A stretch of DNA of 38,249 nt from Piromyces finnis finn (Eukaryota; Fungi; Neocallimastigomycota), in NCBI GenBank assembly GCA_002104945.1, contig MCFH01000118.1, forward strand, positions 1-38,249, in the 5' to 3' direction. The notes beneath the pieces were generated by a model. The model made no database searches. It worked only from the letters and a program-made list of their open reading frames with translations, and had not been told where the DNA came from. Shown here in pieces: positions 31,667-38,249 of this stretch. A program made the position numbers and the translations under genes. Within the stretch, counting starts at the first letter, position 1. Each line of letters begins with the position of its first letter.

Positions 31667-31901
31667 CTCTAAATTTAAATTTTCAAACTCACTAATTAAG
31701 TCCTCCAACGTTAAATATAAAACAAAATATAAAAATGTTTTCTTACTACTGTTTCAAGTAAGTAATTTTTTTTTTTTTTTTTTTTAAAAGAAAAAACTAT
31801 TTCTACAAAAACGATGTTAGTTAATACAAAAGTTATTCAAACTCGATCTGTTATACAGTGTCGAACAAGTTTGTATTATATAATATAATATTAATCAGAG
31901 T

Positions 31902-31940
<39 letters not shown>

Positions 31941-31949
31941 CTTTGCTAG

Positions 31950-32197
31950 GGTAGCAACAAAGTTTCTTCAATACTCTCTTGAACCAAGGTAGCAACAAAG
32001 TTTCTTCAATACTCTCTTGAACCAAGGTAGCAACAAAGTTTCTTCAATACTCTCTTGAACTAAGGTAGCAACAAAGTTTCTTCAATAATCTCTTGAACCA
32101 AGGTAGCAACAAAGTTTCTTCAATAATCTCTTGAACCAAGGTAGCAACAAAATTTCTTCAATAATCTCTTGAACCAAGGTAGCAACAAAGTTTCTTC
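31950..32197 (-). repeat. 38-bp tandem repeat, 6.5 copies, in the D leader
   Basis: Units start at 31950, 31988, 32026, 32064, 32102, 32140 and 32178 (partial). No spacers. Confidence 0.95.
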
Positions 32198-32234
32198 GGG
32201 CGGTAGATATCCTAACGTACTCTTGAATAGTTAG

Positions 32235-32246
32235 GTAATTGTTATT
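32235..32246 (-). promoter_or_regulatory. D self-priming PBS
   Basis: Minus-strand AATAACAATTAC is complementary to the LTR site at 32366-32377, about 35 nt downstream of TATAAAT. Confidence 0.8.
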
Positions 32247-32844
32247 GTAATGCTGACACAGAAAGAATAGATTAGGATATCTATTCTATTACAATAACAC
32301 AAAATTTAAAATAAAATAAAAAATTGTTTTATTAAAAATATCTTTTATTATAATAGAAATTTATTAATAACAATTACATCGATAAAATGATGAAAAATAT
32401 CTTCTATTTATATTTTCCTAAATACATTTATATTATATTATAACTATTTATTTCTTATATATTATTATTTAAAATCTACACTAAAATCTTAATTATTAAT
32501 AAATATTTAAACTATAACTATTTTTAGTAAAATACAATTGGCAATTCAAATTAAGTACTATTCAATTTGAATATGTGCCCATGTATTATTGATATATTAA
32601 TCATTTATATTTATTTATTTCTATGAAAAAACAATACTAAAACTAGGGATTTAAATTGAGAATATTAATTTACTTGTTAAACATTAAAAATAAATTAATA
32701 ATTTATTTTGTTTTAAACTTTATTATTAATAAATAATTATGTCTCATTTTCTTTTTCTGAATATAATTTGTGTAACTTAAACAATAATACTTGTGGCTTA
32801 AGTTACATTAAAGATATCAAACAGAGGCGTTTGATATCTTTACA
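32246..32844 (-). repeat. D 5' LTR (599 bp)
   Basis: TG...CA; repeat of 26483-27086. Confidence 0.96.
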
Positions 32845-33430
32845 CAAAGGCACTAGATTGACGGTACAACGTTTCTTGGTTGTTTAGCACTTGCTGGTGG
32901 TCTTGTAACCTTTCCTCATGTTCTGCAGTAAAGGCATTTTCCACAGCATGCAGCTCTTCCAAGCTAACTTGGCTAGCTGACTCATTTGCTTCCAACCTTT
33001 GATCCACTTCAACAAATTTTTGCTGAAGAGCATCGTTTATCTCGCTCTTGTAAACCTCAATACCCCGAAGTTGTTCTTCCATAGCACCCAGACGGTTTCC
33101 CATACTAGCAAACTGGCTAGATATTTCCGAAACCCATCTATTAAGAAGAACTTCAATGTGTTGCATTGGGTTTACCTCACTATTACTAGTAAAAAAGAAA
33201 GAAGGATCAACAGGGCGGGCATAGAATCCCCCTGTTGAACCTGTAAATTCTGATTAGATTCGACCTCAGTGCTTTCGAGAAGCACCGGGGTTCGAACCTG
33301 ACATTCCCTCTACACCATCCATGCCATCCGCGCTCGCCGCGTCAGGACGGGTCCCGTCCCTTACGAATGATGTTTTTGTGTCCAATTTATGGACACCCCG
33401 AGGGTTAGGTGACTTACCTGTGTTTTTCAT
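32845..33430 (-). pseudogene. gag: E gag N-terminal part (coiled-coil-like); frame broken upstream of 33240
   Basis: ORF 32840-33166 continues across the CAAAG TSD into SYKKELEK(EMARLREQ). The ATG at 33430 opens a frame that stops near 33270. Confidence 0.7.
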
Positions 33431-33719
33431 TTCTAGCTCGAAAATAAATTCTTTTAATAAATTAAAGAATTTATTATATAAAATATGGTTATAATGAATT
33501 TTAAAATTTAAAAATAATGAATTTTTATTGCTAAACTATTAAAAAATAATTATTTTTAATAATAAATTTACTTCTTTTAAATATAATATTTGAATATTAT
33601 ATAAAATATTGTAAATAATTATTATAATCAATAATTTAAATAAAATAAAATATGTTTTTTAAGAACTTTTAATAACACTAACCTAATTAAAACTAAGCTA
33701 ACGTAAGAACTTACTATAA

Positions 33720-33731
33720 AGCGTTAGTATT
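33720..33731 (-). promoter_or_regulatory. E self-priming PBS
   Basis: Plus-strand AGCGTTAGTATT is the reverse complement of AATACTAACGCT at 34000-34011 in the LTR. Confidence 0.82.
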
Positions 33732-34224
33732 GTAAAAGGTTTCTTATAATATTAGTTAATAGGTTATTAATTAGTTAATTAAGTTAGTTATTACCTCTCT
33801 ATACGAGTTAATAACTAAATAAAGTTTTATAAAAAATAATAAAGAAAGAAAATAAATATTATAACACAAGAATAAATACAAGTATATATAAAATATTATT
33901 ATGAAATAAATTTACTTAAATAATTAATTTTAATTATATCTTTTATTTATTAATTATAATTATAAACATTAATTATTATTATAGTTACTAATTTACTTTA
34001 ATACTAACGCTAAAGTATTTAACGTTAGTTTTAACTATACTATTTAACTATATTAGTTTATTTTCTTTACCACTTGATTGGGTAAAGTAAATAAACTTTC
34101 CTATTTAATTAATAACCATTAATATATGGTTATACCATATATCTGGCCAATAAATGGTGACCAGAATATATGGTTTCAATTGAAATGTTTGTGGGCAAAC
34201 TTATGGCCACAAATATTTCTTACA
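33731..34224 (-). repeat. E 5' LTR (494 bp)
   Basis: Repeat of 21056-21549. Confidence 0.93.
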
Positions 34225-35533
34225 ATTGGTACGTATTATTTAATAATACCATAAATTTAATTATTTATTTTATTTCCAGGAGTCGAACAAAAGGGATTTA
34301 TACAAAATAATATATTCTAATAAAAGAATAAAAAAATGATTATTTGTATATTTATTTATATTATAACTAATAATTATTTTTTAGTGTTATTAATTATTTT
34401 GCTTTTACTTTTATTATTTTTAACAATTTATACACAAAGTATTTGAATATAAGAAAAAAAAAGGATTAAACATAAAAAAAAATCTTATTTGTAACTTTCT
34501 CTTTTATTTTATTAATAAAAATAATTTTAAGTACATTTATATATTTAATATAAAAAAATATTTTTAGTTAAAACAGATATAAAACTTCTCAATAATTAAT
34601 TATATTTATCAAAGAACTCCCTTTTCTTAATAAAAGTGAATTTTTGTTATTTTTATATAAAATTTTTATAATATTTTATTGGTTATTCAATAATAGATTA
34701 AATTATTATTTTTCTTAATAATTGCTAACCCCTTAAAAATAACTATATAAATTTAATATTTTTAACTATATAATTTTATCACGTATCAACAATGATAACG
34801 GATTGGTAGTTATATTACAACTTTTTAAACTACTTATTCGTTACCTTATATTGTTTTATCTCGACAGCTATTGTACGAGCTTAACAATATCTACTTGTTT
34901 TATTATTTATTTTAATTTATTTTATAATATTTTATAATATTTATAGTTTTATTATTTAATAATATTTATATAGAATAATAAACCAGATTTATTCTATAAA
35001 AATATTATTTATTATTAACACAATAATTACAAACTAGACAAGTTTAATTTCGTTTTTATATTTTTCTTTTATTTATTGTTTTTATACTTTTTTTTAACAA
35101 TAATTTTTATTATATAAAAACTTATTTTTGTCTTTTAATTATTATTATGTATTATTTAACTAACTATATTAACTATTATTAAAAATTCAACTTATTATTA
35201 ATAATCTAAGTCTTCTCATTTTTTACTAAAAAATTATTATTATTCTTTATATTAAAAATTATTTTTATAATTTAACCCAATCAAATATATAAATTTATAA
35301 AATATTTGATTTTATGTAAATTATATTTTTATAATAAACTATATAAAATTATTTAATAATTATTTTATAATAAAATTTTCTACTAATATCAAATTTATAA
35401 TATATTTATAATTATTATTTATCAAGATTTCCTCCCTAAGATACGACTTAGTGGTAGCTGATAAAAATATTCATAAATAATAATAAATATATAAGTTTTT
35501 GATATTTTTATACTAAATATTTAAAAATTTAAA

Positions 35534-35574
35534 TTTTTTTTTTTTTTTTTCTATATATATATATATATATATAT
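35534..35574. repeat. T17 tract followed by a (TA)n microsatellite
   Basis: Read directly from the sequence. Confidence 0.9.
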
Positions 35575-35971
35575 GATAAAAATAATAATAAATAAGGTTT
35601 ATAAAAAAAATGATGAAAAATTTGAAAATTTTTATTAATAAAATTTCTTTTTCAAAGAGAAATAAAAAAAATGAAGTGAAATTTTGTTAAATGTCGTAGT
35701 GTAAATATTTTTGTGTTTTTACATATTTTTGTAATGTAATTGTCGTATTATTTGTATATAAATGTTTAATGTGGTTTTATCTTTCTTTAAACTTTGAAAA
35801 TAGAATGAAATTTTGATTTTAATATGTCGAAATAATGTCGTTTTAAAATTGAAGTTACTGATTTGATATAATCTTTTAGATTGAAAATAATTGAATTTGA
35901 AATACTTTCTTTTACACTTTTTATTATACTGAAATATATATTCTTAAACGAATTATTTGATGAATTTTTGA

Positions 35972-36950
35972 TTATATCATTTTGTTTATTTCGCTTTTTC
36001 TTGATTTTAATTTCCTGTTAATATTAATATTCAAATGATTATATTTTAGAATTTTACTTTTATTTTTATATATCTTGATTTTGTGGCATTTTTCGTGAAT
36101 AATTGGCGTTTTTTCTGCTTCATCACGGCCGACAAGATTTGACTTATTAATTGAAAATTTAATAAGTGAATCGTTTTTAATTCTTTTTGGAAATTTGCTG
36201 AAATTTGAATGAAAAATGTGATATTTTGGATAAAAATATTTATTTTTAAATTTGAATAAATGTCGAAATTTAATTGAATATAAAAGTTTGTTTTTATTGT
36301 TAAAAGTCGAATTAAAATTTTGAATTTTGATATTATTATTAAATGAATTAAATTGAGATTCATTAATATTTGATGGATTGAAACAATGAATCATTGAAAT
36401 ATTTGAAAGATTATTTTTATTTTGTTTAAAATTTGAGGGACGAGCAACCATAATAGGAGATGAATTAGTTTTCATGTAGAGAGAGTCATCATCAGGATCA
36501 ATGTATAATCGGTGATCCTTTTGAGATTGACGACCTAATATAATATCATAACATGAATCTTCATCTTCTAGAATCCAGAATAATGCATAGATTTTTAAAT
36601 CACCAAATTTAAGAGTTAAATTAACAGCTTGATTTGTTGAAATAACTTGTTTGCTAGCTAATTTAAAGAAAGTTCTCTTAAAATGTGTAATATTATGATT
36701 TGCTGATATTAAATTAAAGAAGGATTTAGTAATAACATTAACATCAGAACCAGTATCTACTAAAACTCGGACAATGTTATTATCAATTGAGCCAATGACA
36801 GAAGCAATGTTGATTTTATTAATGACATTAATTTCGTTATCTGCTATATTGATAATATCATCATCATTGTCATTATCAGCATCATCATTGTTTTCATTAT
36901 TTTTATTATTATAATTTTCATTAATGATATTAATAAATGAATTAATATCT
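35972..36950 (-). CDS. G aspartic protease plus low-complexity C-terminal tail
   Basis: Manual translation IASVIGSIDNNIVRVLVDTGSDVNVIT...DIILGRQSQ is in frame with ORF 35972-36475. No RT motifs follow. Confidence 0.82.
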
Positions 36951-37269
36951 CATCATTAAGATCCATATTTTGAATGGCGTTTATTTTCCGAACGTCATTT
37001 GAATCAAGCTTTAAACCTTTGGCACAAAGTCTTCTGATGATAGGACTGACTGCAAGCAATTGTGCAAAAGAGATACCAGCATTTGTATTATTAAGGGCAT
37101 CAAAAATATTATATTCTTTATTTTTGCCCAACATGACAATAGAACGTAGGAAGTCATAATAGTTGCTTTTGGGAGACTTTTTGCTATCTATAACTTCTTC
37201 TAATTCGTCCTGTTTACTTGGTATATCTGGACCAATTCTTCTTTTATTTCTGGTTTCTTTATTTTTCAT
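36950..37269 (-). CDS. G pre-protease spacer (frameshifted fragment)
   Basis: YNIFDALNNTNAGISFAQLLAVSPIIRRLCAKGLKL resembles element A YDIFEDLNTAKCDITYGQLFNVCPKIRTQLSQGLKL. Confidence 0.8.
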
Positions 37270-38249
37270 CTTGCAGAGGAAATATTCTTGCCTGCAATTA
37301 CCGAGGGGTCTAAGATGTCTAGGCGGGAAGTAGTGGTATGAAAATTTGAATTTTTCTCATTACGAATTTCTTGCTGTTCTTTCATCTGAGTGGCCTTTGT
37401 GTGTATTGGTAATGGATTTTCTCGAAGTTTCTTTTTCTTCGACTGAGTCACGTGATCCTCATCATCACTTTCATCACTTTCTTCAGAACTTTTTCTCTTG
37501 AATGCATAAATAAGGTTTTCGATGTCCTTATCATCGACTGTATTTGTCACGTGATCACGTGTAACGTAATCCTTATCATCTTCATTGATTGGATCATCCA
37601 CCAAAGGGTTAGAGATTTTTTCTTTAGAATTTGGAAATTTTTTTGTTTTATGGAAATCACGTGTATCATCAACATAGATTTGCTCATTAATGTTGTTGAT
37701 GTTGTGGGTTTGGTTATTATCAATTTTGGAGTTAGAAGGGGAAGATTGAGAACTTCCCCCATTTAATTTAAATGGTTTTGGGTTTTGGAGGGTAGCTATG
37801 ATTTTGTTCACATCGGTCATTTCGTTTGGGCAGAAGCGGGCATCATGTCCTTTCTGGTTACAACGGTGGCAGATATGAATTTTCATCTGGGCAAAGCTTT
37901 TGGTCAAAGCATCCAGATCTGATTCTTTAGCTTCTTCTTTAGTAGTCTTTTCATTATCAGTACTACTATTATTTTCGTTATTATTATAAGAGGTTTTATC
38001 TTCAACTTCTATTTTTCTCTTATAATAATTATTTTTGTTTTTGAGTTCTTTTATTGGGTACATATTCATCATCACTTTATAAGCAGATAGAAGCTCATCT
38101 GCTTTAATAGCAATGACCATAGCATCCTTTAAAGTTTTTGGTTGTTTGTTAATAAGAGAATTTAATATAGAAGTTCTCCTATTAAAAGCTTTTGTATAAA
38201 GAAAAACAAGTCTTTCTTCAGAAGGCTTGTCCCTTTCTTTAATTTCTTT
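37266..38249 (-). CDS. gag: G Gag C-terminal part with CCHC (5'-partial)
   Basis: CHRCNQKGHDARFC. The frame appears open from the window end. Confidence 0.85.
   Translation of the reverse strand, partial: KEIKERDKPSEERLVFLYTKAFNRRTSILNSLINKQPKTLKDAMVIAIKADELLSAYKVMMNMYPIKELKNKNNYYKRKIEVEDKTSYNNNENNSSTDNEKTTKEEAKESDLDALTKSFAQMKIHICHRCNQKGHDARFCPNEMTDVNKIIATLQNPKPFKLNGGSSQSSPSNSKIDNNQTHNINNINEQIYVDDTRDFHKTKKFPNSKEKISNPLVDDPINEDDKDYVTRDHVTNTVDDKDIENLIYAFKRKSSEESDESDDEDHVTQSKKKKLRENPLPIHTKATQMKEQQEIRNEKNSNFHTTTSRLDILDPSVIAGKNISSAR

Larger units (their letters stand above)
26483..32844 (-). mobile_element. Element D: full-length self-priming chromovirus nested in E gag
   Basis: LTRs 26483-27086 and 32246-32844; TSD CAAAG at 26478-26482 and 32845-32849. 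Confidence 0.97.
21056..34224 (-). mobile_element. Element E: self-priming chromovirus-type Ty3/gypsy, gag interrupted by D
   Basis: 494-bp LTR pair with several substitutions, PPT, and gag-PR-RT-RH-IN-chromo-like order. No matching TSD. Confidence 0.93.
35424..38249 (-). mobile_element. Element G: Ty3/gypsy-related Gag-protease element lacking RT/RH/IN; 5' end outside the window
   Basis: Gag with CCHC and protease are related to element A. A candidate PPT AGGGAGGAAA (35437-35428) is followed 3 nt later by TG at 35424; that boundary is tentative. Confidence 0.65.

Noticed and set aside
31950-32197. CRISPR array
   Set aside because: The 38-bp units are head-to-tail with no unique spacers, there are no cas genes, and the context is a eukaryotic retrotransposon leader.
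34782-34808. Apparent empty-site copy of the E flanks (GTATCAACAAT..AAC-GG-ATTGGTA)
   Set aside because: Similarity does not extend beyond ~25 nt in AT-rich DNA and may be chance; a proper alignment would be needed to revive it.
37340-37360. -1 slippery site A AAU UUU in G gag
   Set aside because: No stimulatory structure seen; a single-A deletion at ~37271 explains the frame change more simply.

Overview
The window is a very AT-rich eukaryotic repeat nest made entirely of LTR retrotransposons, with no recognisable cellular protein gene. The composition suggests an anaerobic gut fungus (Neocallimastigomycota), but that is inference only. I resolve seven elements, labelled A-G. A (1-5243, -) is a Ty3/gypsy element with a tRNA-Ala PBS and a -1 gag/pol frameshift. 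B (5440-11367, +) is a young Ty1/copia inserted in the 5' LTR of C. C (5244-18303, +) is a chromovirus whose RT is split by a solo LTR of the D family (14701-15303). F (18304 to ~21055, -) is an orphan leader, tRNA-Ala PBS and probable LTR. E (21056-34224, -) is a chromovirus whose gag is split by chromovirus D (26483-32844, -). G (~35424 to the window end, -) encodes Gag and protease but no RT. The main non-coding signals are: a tRNA-Gln-shaped Pol III cassette at the start of the C LTR, with A inserted 15 bp upstream of it; a ~750-nt leader shared by C and F with covarying hairpins; a PBS in B matching the tRNA-Lys(CUU) anticodon arm; Tf1-type self-priming in C, D and E; and a candidate central PPT identical in C and D at a compositional switch. 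All alignments and structures were read by eye. Most ORF breaks are 1-nt indels in short homopolymers and may be assembly errors.
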